A program made the position numbers and the translations under genes. Source: Chlamydiota bacterium (GTDB lineage Bacteria > Chlamydiota > Chlamydiia > Chlamydiales > VGMA01). Taken from it: a DNA stretch of 48,366 nt. Below the pieces are notes generated by a model, which had not been told where the DNA came from, did not search any database, and saw nothing but the letters and a program-made list of their open reading frames with translations. The DNA lies in NCBI GenBank assembly GCA_016866575.1, contig VGMA01000001.1, positions 1-48,366 of the forward strand. The letters are read 5' to 3'. The number at the start of each line of letters is the position of its first letter. Position 1 is the first letter of the stretch. Of this stretch, positions 1 through 8,666 are shown one piece after another.

Positions 1-849
1 GATATGAAAGCCGCCGTTGATCTCTCGAAGTTTATTTAAGAAGGTCACCATGTGTTCTTGACGGGCTCCTTCGACAAAGACTTTTCCTTTAGTAGCGATT
101 GCGGCCATTCCAAAAGAGGCAGCTTCAATTCTGTCTGGTAAGACGTAATGTTCTACTTCGTAGAATTTAGTCGTTTGATGGATCACAATTGTTCGATTCA
201 CATCGACATGGATATGTACGCCAAGTTTTTGTAGAAAGAGAATTAGATCGATCACTTCAGGTTCTATAGCTGCATTCAAAATGACAGTAGTCCCTTTAGC
301 CCTTGAAGCAGCAAGCATCGTATTTTCTGTAGCCCCTACAGAAGGGTAAGGAAGCGATATGACCGTTCCTTTAAGACCGGAAAGGGCTTGAGCAAAATAA
401 GCTCCATCTTTTTTCATCTCTCGATATTCAATAGTAGCTCCAAGAGATTGTAGAGCTGAAATATGAAAATCTACTGGTCTTTTGCCTATATTGCATCCAC
501 CAACAGTAGGAACTACGACATCTTCATCAGTTCTACCTAGCAGTGCGCCCAGCATCAGAATCGGTATGCGGTTAGCTCCTGAAAAGCGCTGAGGAATATA
601 GGTGCTTTTAAATTCTTTAGTGATTACCGACATCGTTTGGGTTTGTTGATCCCACTCTACTTCCATGCCGATTTCTTTGCATAAGCTGACAGTAGCTTCT
701 ACTTCGGAGATATTGGGAACGTTGTAAAATGTGCAACGTTTATCAGATATCAAAGAGGCAACAAGCATTTTAGTGATCGCATTTTTAGCGCCCATTACCT
801 TCACCTCTCCTTCAAGAGGGATATTGCCTTTGATTTTGAAGATCTCCAT
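1..849 (-). CDS. murA: UDP-N-acetylglucosamine 1-carboxyvinyltransferase (MurA). Holds the N-terminal 283 codons; the C-terminus lies beyond the window edge.
   Basis: Not in the ORF track because it runs off the edge. My translation of the minus strand from the ATG at 849-847 reads MEIFKIKGNIPLEGEVKVMGAKNAITKMLVASL...RIPILMLGALLGRTDEDVVVPTVGGCNIGKRPVDFHISAL...GATENTMLAASRAKGTTVILNAAIEPEV. These are typical MurA motifs and include the active-site loop Cys. Confidence 0.9.
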   Translation of the reverse strand, partial: MEIFKIKGNIPLEGEVKVMGAKNAITKMLVASLISDKRCTFYNVPNISEVEATVSLCKEIGMEVEWDQQTQTMSVITKEFKSTYIPQRFSGANRIPILMLGALLGRTDEDVVVPTVGGCNIGKRPVDFHISALQSLGATIEYREMKKDGAYFAQALSGLKGTVISLPYPSVGATENTMLAASRAKGTTVILNAAIEPEVIDLILFLQKLGVHIHVDVNRTIVIHQTTKFYEVEHYVLPDRIEAASFGMAAIATKGKVFVEGARQEHMVTFLNKLREINGGFHI

Positions 850-850
850 A

Positions 851-1840
851 CTATTTGTATATATCATAAATTAATTGTTTCGGAAAGTTTTTTTCACTAG
901 GAAGAAGTCCCGGCTGCCCTACATTTTTTTCATACCTGATTTCTATAGATTTTACCCCTAGTTTTTCTTTGAGCATCCAGCAAAAAGAGCCCATCGTACG
1001 CCGTGGATTGATTTCGATAATCGGCTGCAATTTTTCTTTGCTATCTTCATAGACCATAGCATCTATGCTAAAAGGACCAAAGTATTTTGTATCGATGATC
1101 TTTTGGATGTTTTCCCAAACGAATTCTTTTTGCTTTTCTAGAAAATAGCAGTGTTTTAGTGGCGCTATGTTTGCGATGTAGCTCCCAGTTGGTGTGTAGC
1201 GCCCTTCTGTAGCGCCTATGAATTGGAGATTGCCGTCTAAAATATGCCAATGTGTTGCAAAATCTAAAATCCGCTTTTTTAAGGGCTCATACAAAACAGG
1301 GAACTTCAAATTTTTACGTCTGTTTTTGGCAAAAACTGGAAAATTTCCTCTTCCAGAAAAACCGTGAGGAAGTTTGATAATCCCATCAGTTAGATGTTCA
1401 AGCTCTTTTTCCTCTTTTACAATAAACGATCCAGGTAAAGGGGAGAGTTCATGCGCAAAGAGCTTAGAAGAAACTTTAAGAATCGAATCTATAGATGGAC
1501 AGGCAAGATGAGGAAACATTTTCATGGTGTTTGTCGTTTGTCCCCATAAAAATACATCTTGAGTTTCTTTTAGATTGTCTAAAAGAAGAAAATTAGGGAT
1601 AGAAAAGCCCTGCTGTTTCATCTTTTCAAGATATTCTGAAGATGGATTAGAACTTGTGATCACAAAATCTTTTTCAGATGCAATCGCAGTTGGTAGGTAT
1701 TGAAGTTGAATGAAATTAGGATGAAAAGAAAAAAGATCTTTGAAAGGAAGGTCTGGGTTTTCTAATTCCAATTCAAAACAGGTATTTGCAAGAAAGAGCA
1801 TTCTGACTAGTAGTATAATTGATGCTCTTGTTATATACAA
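851..1840 (-). CDS. ATP-grasp superfamily ligase of unknown substrate. The real start is probably the internal Met at 1801 (MLFLANT...).
   Basis: Has a glycine-rich ATP loop (IIKLPHGFSGRGNF) and a C-terminal Mg/ATP motif (FSIDAMVYEDSKEKLQPIIEINPRRTMG, i.e. D...E-x-N-x-R), both typical of ATP-grasp enzymes. Its stop codon lies 1 nt from the murA start codon. Confidence 0.6.
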   Translation of the reverse strand: MYITRASIILLVRMLFLANTCFELELENPDLPFKDLFSFHPNFIQLQYLPTAIASEKDFVITSSNPSSEYLEKMKQQGFSIPNFLLLDNLKETQDVFLWGQTTNTMKMFPHLACPSIDSILKVSSKLFAHELSPLPGSFIVKEEKELEHLTDGIIKLPHGFSGRGNFPVFAKNRRKNLKFPVLYEPLKKRILDFATHWHILDGNLQFIGATEGRYTPTGSYIANIAPLKHCYFLEKQKEFVWENIQKIIDTKYFGPFSIDAMVYEDSKEKLQPIIEINPRRTMGSFCWMLKEKLGVKSIEIRYEKNVGQPGLLPSEKNFPKQLIYDIYK

Positions 1841-1843
1841 ATT

Positions 1844-4348
1844 ATGAGTATTAAGACACGTATTTTCCTTTGGGTAGCAGCTCTATTTGTCATTACAGGG
1901 TGTGCTTTTTTCATGATCACTCGCTTTGAGCTAAAAAAAGATCTCATTGTAGTGAGAAAGAATCTACAAAATCGTGTAGCAAATGTAGATCAGCAAAGAC
2001 AAAATCAAATTGAACAGTATCTTAAAATTTCTCTTGGTGAAGCAAAAGCAGAAATTCTTACTCTTCTTCAAGAAATCGTAAACCATGATTGGATCTTAAA
2101 ACAATTCGCACCGACAGAAGAAAATTACCAAACAGATACTTGGCTTAGTAGCGCAGTATTGATGACATCAGCAGAAAGAATCGATTTTGTTCAGTGCATC
2201 AATGATGAAAAGATGACCTCTTTAATCAGTTTAACGGCTCCTTACGTTGAAAAGATGATCAAAATCACAACTAAAGCAGGCGTCAATTTAGCTGTCATGC
2301 CCTTAGCTGACGGCAATGTGCGCGCGTACGTTGCTATACCTTACTGGATCGTACAGAGCGATCGATCACTACTCAGAATGCCGGGATTCAAAATACCTTG
2401 GCCTGAAAATAACGACTTTTGGCTCCTTTTTTCTATCCAAGCTGTTTTGGAAGAGGATTTTTCTTCTCTTTTAGCAAAGCCCATCAATTTAAAGCCTGAA
2501 GACATTGGCGCTGAATCGGTAATTGCTGATCCTGAATTTTTCAAAAAGATCATTAAAGATGTACTACAGGAAATCGTAAAAACACAATCTCTACTCAAAA
2601 ATGACCAAGAATTTATGAATGCTTTTAGCTCGATTCATTTTAAGAATTGGCTAAAAAAACAGATCAAAGGGGTAGATTTTACAAATACGCCACCTTTTGC
2701 TGACTATCAAGTACTGCAAGAAGATCAAAAAATTGAAACAGAATTTATCCAGCAGCTTTTGTCCCATACGGAAGCTAAGTACATGATTTGGGCGCTATCC
2801 ACTCTTGTCGGCTCAGGAATTTGGGATTTTAATCCTCTAGATCCTATGGCTCCTAAAGCAGTAATGAGAGCTGAGCATCAAAATGAAGTTAAAACACAAG
2901 TAGGTACCGCTCTTGTAGCAGACAAAGTTTTTTTAAAAACCCCTTATAAGCTAAATCGTCAATGTACACCTGTAATTAGTGATCAGCCCTCATTTTGCAT
3001 CCAGCCTATTTTTGATGTGATCCAATCAGATAGTGTTGCAAGTCACGTGTTTTTAGCAAATACGTTAAATATTGTGGTACCTGATCAAAAAGGGCCTAAA
3101 TCAGGTAGTCTTACTATTGGGATCAATGGCGATAACGTCTTGCGAAAAGCGGCGCTTATTTTACAAGAATCGGTCTACCTCATTCAAGGTCAAGATGTTT
3201 TAAAAGCATACGGTAGAGAAGGGCAATTGATCCCTTCTGATTTGTGGCAAACATTAGATTTGAGCTTATTAGCCGGCAAATCTGAGGGTGTAGCAAGTGA
3301 TACTAAAGGAAACCAATACTTTTTTACCCACTTAGGGTCAAATGAGCCTTATTATTTTGTTTTTCGCTTAAGACAAGATGAGCTTTTTTCTTCAGAAGAG
3401 ATTTTTTATAAAGCTAAGTTGTTTTTAAAGCGTGTAAGCATCAAGATTGCCGCAGTTTTAGCGATATTTCTTCTCTTGATCATGGCAATTCTTGATCGTG
3501 TATTAAAAAAGCTAACACGACCTATAACCTTGCTTTCCTCAGCAACAGAGCATATCTGCCAAGGAAGTTTATCGAAGGTCTACTTGCCTAGTGAACATAA
3601 ATTAGAGCAAGGAGAAGTGGGTGTTTTATACCGCTCCTTTAGTCAAATGGTCGATTCGATGATTGAAGGAGAAAAGGCAAAAGGGCTTTTAAGCAAAGTA
3701 GTTTCTGCGAAAATTGCCCATAAGATCATGACAAGCGGCGTCCATTTAGGGGGAGAAAGAAAAGAAGTAACTGTTCTTTTTAGTGATATTCGAGGATTTA
3801 CATCCCTTTCAGAGAAGATGCAGCCAGAAGAGCTTGTAGATCTACTCAATAGCTACTTATCGCGCATGTCAGATTTTATTGAGCTTTATGATGGAGTGGT
3901 TGATAAGTATGTTGGAGATGAAATTATGGCTCTTTTTGGAGCGCCCGTCGACATTGAAAATCCTGCTGAAAAAGCCATTCTTTGCGCAATAGATATGATT
4001 GAAGATCTAAAAAAATGGAACGAAGAAAGAAAAGCTAAAGGATTGATAGTCCTTGAGGTAGGAACTGGTATCAATACAGGTGTTGTTGTTGCTGGCAGTA
4101 TTGGCGGCGGGGGAAGAGCGAATTACACAGTGATAGGAAGAGCTGTGAATATTGCAGAAAGACTCTGTTCAGCTGCAAAAGGGATGGAGATCATCGTATG
4201 TAAAGCAAGTTTTGATAAGATTTTACTTAAAGAAGGTTTCTTATATGAAGAAAGAGATCCTTTAGAACTAAAAGGGATCAGTGAGCCTGTTTCTAATTAT
4301 CGCATTTTTGGCAGATCCAAACCGTCAAAATCCAAGCCTCTAAATTAA
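1844..4348 (+). CDS. Membrane receptor-type class III adenylate/guanylate cyclase. Layout: N-terminal TM, ~500-aa extracytoplasmic domain, second TM, HAMP, cyclase domain.
   Basis: TM1 is IFLWVAALFVITGCAFFMI and TM2 is IAAVLAIFLLLIMAIL. A HAMP-like segment follows (RPITLLSSATEHICQGSLS...GEVGVLYRSFSQMVDSM). Cyclase motifs are VTVLFSDIRGFTSLSE, VDKYVGDEIMALFGAP, GINTGVVVAGSIGG and YTVIGRAVNIAERL. Confidence 0.85.
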   Translation: MSIKTRIFLWVAALFVITGCAFFMITRFELKKDLIVVRKNLQNRVANVDQQRQNQIEQYLKISLGEAKAEILTLLQEIVNHDWILKQFAPTEENYQTDTWLSSAVLMTSAERIDFVQCINDEKMTSLISLTAPYVEKMIKITTKAGVNLAVMPLADGNVRAYVAIPYWIVQSDRSLLRMPGFKIPWPENNDFWLLFSIQAVLEEDFSSLLAKPINLKPEDIGAESVIADPEFFKKIIKDVLQEIVKTQSLLKNDQEFMNAFSSIHFKNWLKKQIKGVDFTNTPPFADYQVLQEDQKIETEFIQQLLSHTEAKYMIWALSTLVGSGIWDFNPLDPMAPKAVMRAEHQNEVKTQVGTALVADKVFLKTPYKLNRQCTPVISDQPSFCIQPIFDVIQSDSVASHVFLANTLNIVVPDQKGPKSGSLTIGINGDNVLRKAALILQESVYLIQGQDVLKAYGREGQLIPSDLWQTLDLSLLAGKSEGVASDTKGNQYFFTHLGSNEPYYFVFRLRQDELFSSEEIFYKAKLFLKRVSIKIAAVLAIFLLLIMAILDRVLKKLTRPITLLSSATEHICQGSLSKVYLPSEHKLEQGEVGVLYRSFSQMVDSMIEGEKAKGLLSKVVSAKIAHKIMTSGVHLGGERKEVTVLFSDIRGFTSLSEKMQPEELVDLLNSYLSRMSDFIELYDGVVDKYVGDEIMALFGAPVDIENPAEKAILCAIDMIEDLKKWNEERKAKGLIVLEVGTGINTGVVVAGSIGGGGRANYTVIGRAVNIAERLCSAAKGMEIIVCKASFDKILLKEGFLYEERDPLELKGISEPVSNYRIFGRSKPSKSKPLN

Positions 4349-4400
4349 AGCCCCCTTCTTTCTTGCAAAGAAAGGGGTTAGAAGAGAAAATAAAAAGTCT

Positions 4401-5135
4401 ATGCCCCTATTTTCTTCAAAAAAACAACAAGAGCATGAAGCTAAGCGCTCGATAGAACTAGGCAAAGAGTTTATCGCTAACGCCTCGCATGAACTAAGAA
4501 CTCCTGTAACGATCATCAAAGGTTTTGCAGAGATGCTCAGAGACATCCCTGAAATTTCTCAAGAGATGTTTGATTCGATCTTAGAAAAAATTTTACGCAA
4601 TTGTGAAAGGATGGAGTCTTTAGTCAAAAACTTGCTCCTTTTAGCCGATTTAGATCAGCTAGCAGAAATAAAAAAAGAAGAATGCAATCTCTCTTTGCTC
4701 ATAGAAAATTGCTCATACCAAATCCTTAGCATATTTCCTGATGCGTATATCGAAACTCTCCAAAATGGATCAGATATTAAAGTGCAAGCAAGCGCTGATC
4801 TATTGGAGCTTGCAATCATGAATTTACTGCAAAATAGCGTGAAGTATTCATTTGCAGACAAAATTCCTCACATCACAGTGACTATAGAGAAAAAGAGCAA
4901 CAACAGCGTAATCTTGTCTATAGAAGATCAAGGGATCGGCATTGCTAAAGAGAATCTTGCGAACATTTTTGATCGATTCTACACCGTCAATAAATCCCAT
5001 TCTCGTAAGCTCGGAGGAGCAGGACTTGGCTTATCGATGGTAAAAATAATTATTGATAAGCATAATGCTGAAATTCATGTGAAATCAGAGCTTGGAAAAG
5101 GAACCACTTTTTCTATCCATTTTCCTTCAACTTAA
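4401..5135 (+). CDS. Histidine kinase catalytic core (DHp/HisKA plus HATPase_c) with no TM or sensor domain.
   Basis: H-box FIANASHELRTPVT begins about 25 aa from the start. N-box is AIMNLLQNSVKYS, G1 is IEDQGIGIAKENLANIFDRFY and G2 is GGAGLGLSMVKIII. The protein is only 244 aa. Confidence 0.85.
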   Translation: MPLFSSKKQQEHEAKRSIELGKEFIANASHELRTPVTIIKGFAEMLRDIPEISQEMFDSILEKILRNCERMESLVKNLLLLADLDQLAEIKKEECNLSLLIENCSYQILSIFPDAYIETLQNGSDIKVQASADLLELAIMNLLQNSVKYSFADKIPHITVTIEKKSNNSVILSIEDQGIGIAKENLANIFDRFYTVNKSHSRKLGGAGLGLSMVKIIIDKHNAEIHVKSELGKGTTFSIHFPST

Positions 5136-5893
5136 GCACGAAAAATTTTCTGCATCAATTGATCAAGCGCTAATTTTCTAGAAGGGAAATTTTTTTCTCT
5201 AAAGATTCTAGAAAGCTCTTCAAAATGGCTCATGGATAAAAGCCTCTCTTTATTCAAACGAACGAGTAGATCTTCAAAAGGTTTAGTCTCTCCCGGAGGT
5301 AAAGCCAATAGGATGAGCCTATCAGTAAAAAAAGAAATCTGTGGATGCTCATCGCTGTTTCTAGTTCTTTTGAGATCTGTAATCAAATCCTCTTCAAGAA
5401 GATCATTTTTTGCTACTTCCTCAACAAAAGTTTCATAAACAAAAGTTAGTGAAGTACATATAGTAGCAAGTGAGCGAAGATTAGAAGCGAGATCTTGATA
5501 ATTTGATATTTCTTCTTCAATAGGAAAAAGACGCATTTTTCTAGCTCTTAGCGGCCCTTGCTGAAAACTTGGTTTAGAGCTTAGGGCAATTTGTCTTGTT
5601 TTATGAATTTCTTTAAGATGTAAGCACAAACGATCTAGATTATTGCTCAAGCCTCTGTTTATCTCTAGATGCCCAATCATCATATTGATATCGAGGTTGT
5701 GACGCGTATCACGCTCAAACATTTCAATGAGCGCTGTAGTTAAATTTGCATCATGCATAGCCCTTTCGATCGCAAATAAGTAAGGATTTGCTTGTTCTAT
5801 GACCTCTTTTTTGAAATCGCCGATAAGCTTTTGAAATTCTCTTTGGCTATACACATAGCCTGAGTTTCTTTGATGAATTATATTCGTATACAT
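5132..5893 (-). CDS. Hypothetical all-helical protein. Possibly a distant, anchor-less relative of the two downstream paralogs.
   Basis: Long ORF with no competing frame and no recognisable catalytic motif. Its N-terminus (MYTNIIHQ...DFKKEV...ALIEMF) weakly resembles MYTIHDQ...EFKKNN...ELIAFF in the 6000-7334 gene. Confidence 0.55.
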   Translation of the reverse strand: MYTNIIHQRNSGYVYSQREFQKLIGDFKKEVIEQANPYLFAIERAMHDANLTTALIEMFERDTRHNLDINMMIGHLEINRGLSNNLDRLCLHLKEIHKTRQIALSSKPSFQQGPLRARKMRLFPIEEEISNYQDLASNLRSLATICTSLTFVYETFVEEVAKNDLLEEDLITDLKRTRNSDEHPQISFFTDRLILLALPPGETKPFEDLLVRLNKERLLSMSHFEELSRIFREKNFPSRKLALDQLMQKIFRA

Positions 5894-5950
5894 AAAAGAT
5901 GATCAAATTTATCAAGGTTTAAATTTATTGACTATGTAGTTTTTTTCAAG

Positions 5951-5990
5951 AAAAGAAAAAGAGAGTAGTAAGCCCTAAACTCTCTTTTTC
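5951..5990 (-). terminator. Rho-independent-type terminator hairpin downstream of the 6000-7334 gene.
   Basis: Perfect 7-bp stem agagagt (5960-5966) / actctct (5979-5985) with a 12-nt loop. A/T runs flank it on both sides, giving a U-tract on the minus strand. Confidence 0.5.
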
Positions 5991-5999
5991 GGTAGTTGA

Positions 6000-7334
6000 T
6001 TAACTAGAAGATGAAAGTTCTTCTTCTTCTATAAGGCCAGAAGGCTTTTTCACTTCGATAATCTGATAATCATTTACTTCCAGCTTTTTTTCAAAGCAGT
6101 AAGTATACAAAAGTAAGAATGCGTAGCCGATGCCCGCACTAAAAACAATCATAGCCCATGCTGCGATCTTAGCTATCGTTTCAGCGTCACATTCACGAAT
6201 CATAAGCCAATCATTGAGGCTCTCAAAGCTTGACGGTCTATAAGGCTCAAGAGGTCTTCGTCCATATAGATTTTCCTCTTCTTCACCGATCATGCTGTCA
6301 TCTTCAAAGCCTAGCAAAGCTGTGTTTGAATGTATTTGACCTGAGCTGTTTTGCGGGAAGAAAAATTCTCTTCTTGGTATTGGAGAATGGGGATTGCTTT
6401 TTTCATGGGTGTTCAGCGTTGCACCATTTTGGCTTTCTACCAGGCTAGGTTGGATAAAAGGAGCTAATCTTGCTGATGAAGCTTGCCCATTTACACCTAA
6501 ATTAGATCTTAAGAGCGCTAAATCTTCATCGTTTACAGTTGAATTTGCTCTTGAGCGTATTAAATGCTCCTCATTTTCTAAAGAATGAGCGCTTAAAAAT
6601 TGAAGCTCAGCTTGAATTTCGAAAGAATCGGATCTTAAAATTGCTGAGTTTCTCTCACGAGGTGACGATTCAGTTGAAGAGGGTAGCAATTCTTCATCAT
6701 CAGAGATACTCTCTTCATTAGAATGATCTCTAATTTTTCTAGCGCCCGCATAAACAGAATCAATTCGCAAAGAAAAATCCGCATCAGCATCATCTTTTCT
6801 TACACCTGGCACGTCTAAAAGATAACCTAAGGCAGAAAATCCGTAAAACTGGACATTTTCACTCAATTGTGTAGCGTGAGAATAGAGTCTATTAATACCT
6901 GCTTCAATTTGTTGGTAAAAAGGTTTATTTGCATTTGCAATTTTATCCTGTTTTTTTGCCAATAGCTCTGTAATTTGAGTTAAAGCGCCAGGCTTATCTG
7001 ACATAACCTTACTAAAATCTTCATTAGATACTAAGTTGCTATCAATAAAAAGATCAAAGATCTCTTCAAAGGTAGAGTTTGTGGAAGCATAATAGATCAG
7101 TAATTTAACAAATGTTTCACGATTAGGATCATCTATCTTTTTATGTGATTCAGCATTTTGAAAAAAAGCGATAAGCTCATTACAAAAAATTGGATTTTTT
7201 TGGGCCTTATCAATCAAATATGTGTAGTCTTGGTTATTTTTTTTAAATTCACTTACAATATCAGTATATTGAATGTAATCAAAATCAAAGTTGATGGTTG
7301 ATAATTGATCATGTATAGTGTACATTTTAATCAC
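6000..7334 (-). CDS. C-terminally anchored membrane protein, paralog A (444 aa). Helical N-domain, Ser/Glu-rich linker, hydrophobic C-terminal anchor.
   Basis: C-terminal module is SFESLNDWLMIRECDAETIAKIAAWAMIVFSAGIGYAFLLLYTYCFE. Homologous to the 7597-8607 gene at both ends. No N-terminal signal peptide. Confidence 0.75.
   Translation of the reverse strand: MIKMYTIHDQLSTINFDFDYIQYTDIVSEFKKNNQDYTYLIDKAQKNPIFCNELIAFFQNAESHKKIDDPNRETFVKLLIYYASTNSTFEEIFDLFIDSNLVSNEDFSKVMSDKPGALTQITELLAKKQDKIANANKPFYQQIEAGINRLYSHATQLSENVQFYGFSALGYLLDVPGVRKDDADADFSLRIDSVYAGARKIRDHSNEESISDDEELLPSSTESSPRERNSAILRSDSFEIQAELQFLSAHSLENEEHLIRSRANSTVNDEDLALLRSNLGVNGQASSARLAPFIQPSLVESQNGATLNTHEKSNPHSPIPRREFFFPQNSSGQIHSNTALLGFEDDSMIGEEEENLYGRRPLEPYRPSSFESLNDWLMIRECDAETIAKIAAWAMIVFSAGIGYAFLLLYTYCFEKKLEVNDYQIIEVKKPSGLIEEEELSSSS
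6093..6232 (-). repeat. Conserved repeat copy 1. DNA encoding the C-terminal anchor module of paralog A.
   Basis: About 80% nucleotide identity by eye to 7663-7802, including an identical 23-nt run gcccatgctgcgatcttagctat. Confidence 0.7.
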
Positions 7335-7390
7335 CTTAATTTTATTTATAGATTTTATATTATCATAATATTAATAAAACTAAAAACGTT

Positions 7391-7532
7391 AAAATTAATG
7401 CTTATTATTTATTTTTTGTTTAAAAACGTTCTACAGATTTATTCTTATGTTTAATCGACTTTTTAGCGCAATACTTAATGTGCAACAGATCAGAGAAGTT
7501 TTCAACAAAGTGCGTATGATCCAATAAATCTT
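7391..7532 (-). pseudogene. Degraded remnant of the 3' end of the GspK-like gene (copy of 8663-8812).
   Basis: Minus-strand translation gives DLLDHTHFVENFSDLLHIKYCAKKSIKHKNKSVERF*, which aligns with the C-terminus DLLNHAHFDENVFDLLQFKYPAKEKKTIKEENKKARIF of the 8667-9509 gene. The frame is closed by a TAA directly upstream and has no start codon. The remnant sits in the same relative position upstream of paralog A as the intact gene does upstream of paralog B. Confidence 0.6.
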
Positions 7533-7596
7533 AACACTTCGATTTTTTGAAATTTCATGAGGCAATTTCAACGATAGGTATCAAGACAAAATGCTT

Positions 7597-8607
7597 TTAT
7601 TCTCGATAAGAATAAATAGTTTCTTGGGATAGCTCTAATTCTGATAATTCTTTATTGCTTTCGAAGCAGTATGTATAAAAAAGCAAGAAAGCATATCCGA
7701 TTCCTGCACTAAAAACAATAAATGCCCATGCTGCGATCTTAGCTATAATATTGCTATCATTTTCACATATCATGAGCCAATTATTGAGACTTTCAAAACT
7801 TGTCACGTTGATAGTAGTAATGGATCTTGGACTTGAGTTATGAGAATAGGATGAAATGGTGTTTTCTTCTTCATCTAATAAAGAGTGAAATGTATCAGAT
7901 GAATCGCTATTTAAACTCTTAAGGTCTTCTTTGCTTTCATCTTTAGAAGAAATGCTTTCCAAGCAAGTTTCTAATAGCTCGATTCGGTGGCGATTGTCTT
8001 CAAGATCTGTAAAAAGATAACAAGTGGTTTCTGTGTTTTCTTCAGGATAAGGAGAGGTGATTTTACTGGGATAGTAAGCTAGATTTTTAGAAATAGGATA
8101 GCTTTGTGGCAGGCTTGTTTTTGAAGTGAAATTTGATACTTGCAAACCTTGAGAAAAGGCAATCAAACGATCTGAAATATTTCCGATGCGTTCAGCTATC
8201 TGTTCATGCCATCTTTTATGTTGCCTAGTGATTCTAGGTTGTTTTGAAGCCAATAAATCTCTGATTTTTTCTCTATTTTCAACATCTTCTAATAAAAGAT
8301 TTTCAAAGTCTTTAGTCAAAATAAGTTGATTTTCAATAAAAGTATCTAGTGTTTCTTCATATGTAGGATCAAGAGCTGTTAAGGAGATAAGAATTTTTAC
8401 TAAAATTTCACGATCAGATGGAGCATCGTTTCTAGATGATCCGTTTTTAAGAAGATAAGAGATGAGATTTTTGCAAAAATTTTGATCATTTTGCGCTCTT
8501 TGAATCAACTGAGTATCATTTTGCCCAGATCTTTGAAGGGTAAAAGCAATATCGTTTTTTTGATGGTTTTCAGTGAAAAAAGAATAACTAGCAGTAATTG
8601 CGCACAT
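7597..8607 (-). CDS. C-terminally anchored membrane protein, paralog B (336 aa).
   Basis: C-terminal module is SFESLNNWLMICENDSNIIAKIAAWAFIVFSAGIGYAFLLFYTYCFE. Its N-domain (QNFCKNLISYLL, EILVKILISLTALDPTYEETLDTFIENQLI) aligns with paralog A (PIFCNELIAFF, ETFVKLLIYYASTNSTFEEIFDLFIDSNLV). Confidence 0.75.
   Translation of the reverse strand: MCAITASYSFFTENHQKNDIAFTLQRSGQNDTQLIQRAQNDQNFCKNLISYLLKNGSSRNDAPSDREILVKILISLTALDPTYEETLDTFIENQLILTKDFENLLLEDVENREKIRDLLASKQPRITRQHKRWHEQIAERIGNISDRLIAFSQGLQVSNFTSKTSLPQSYPISKNLAYYPSKITSPYPEENTETTCYLFTDLEDNRHRIELLETCLESISSKDESKEDLKSLNSDSSDTFHSLLDEEENTISSYSHNSSPRSITTINVTSFESLNNWLMICENDSNIIAKIAAWAFIVFSAGIGYAFLLFYTYCFESNKELSELELSQETIYSYRE
7663..7802 (-). repeat. 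Conserved repeat copy 2. DNA encoding the C-terminal anchor module of paralog B.
   Basis: Matches 6093-6232 (see copy 1). Confidence 0.7.
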
Positions 8608-8666
8608 TTAAAAATACATTTTTTAAATATATTAACAGATGGTAAATAAAATAAAAATAATTAAAA

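Noticed and set aside
1844-1915. Possible lipoprotein signal (VITGC lipobox) at the N-terminus of the adenylate cyclase.
   Set aside because: The hydrophobic stretch continues past the Cys (CAFFMI), giving a ~19-residue span that reads better as an uncleaved TM helix. I cannot separate the two possibilities without a predictor, so it is not called.
4351-4377. Hairpin between the cyclase and the histidine kinase as an intrinsic terminator.
   Set aside because: The stem is imperfect (6 bp, a mismatch, then 3 bp) and no U-tract follows. It is kept only as a note in the cyclase/kinase finding.
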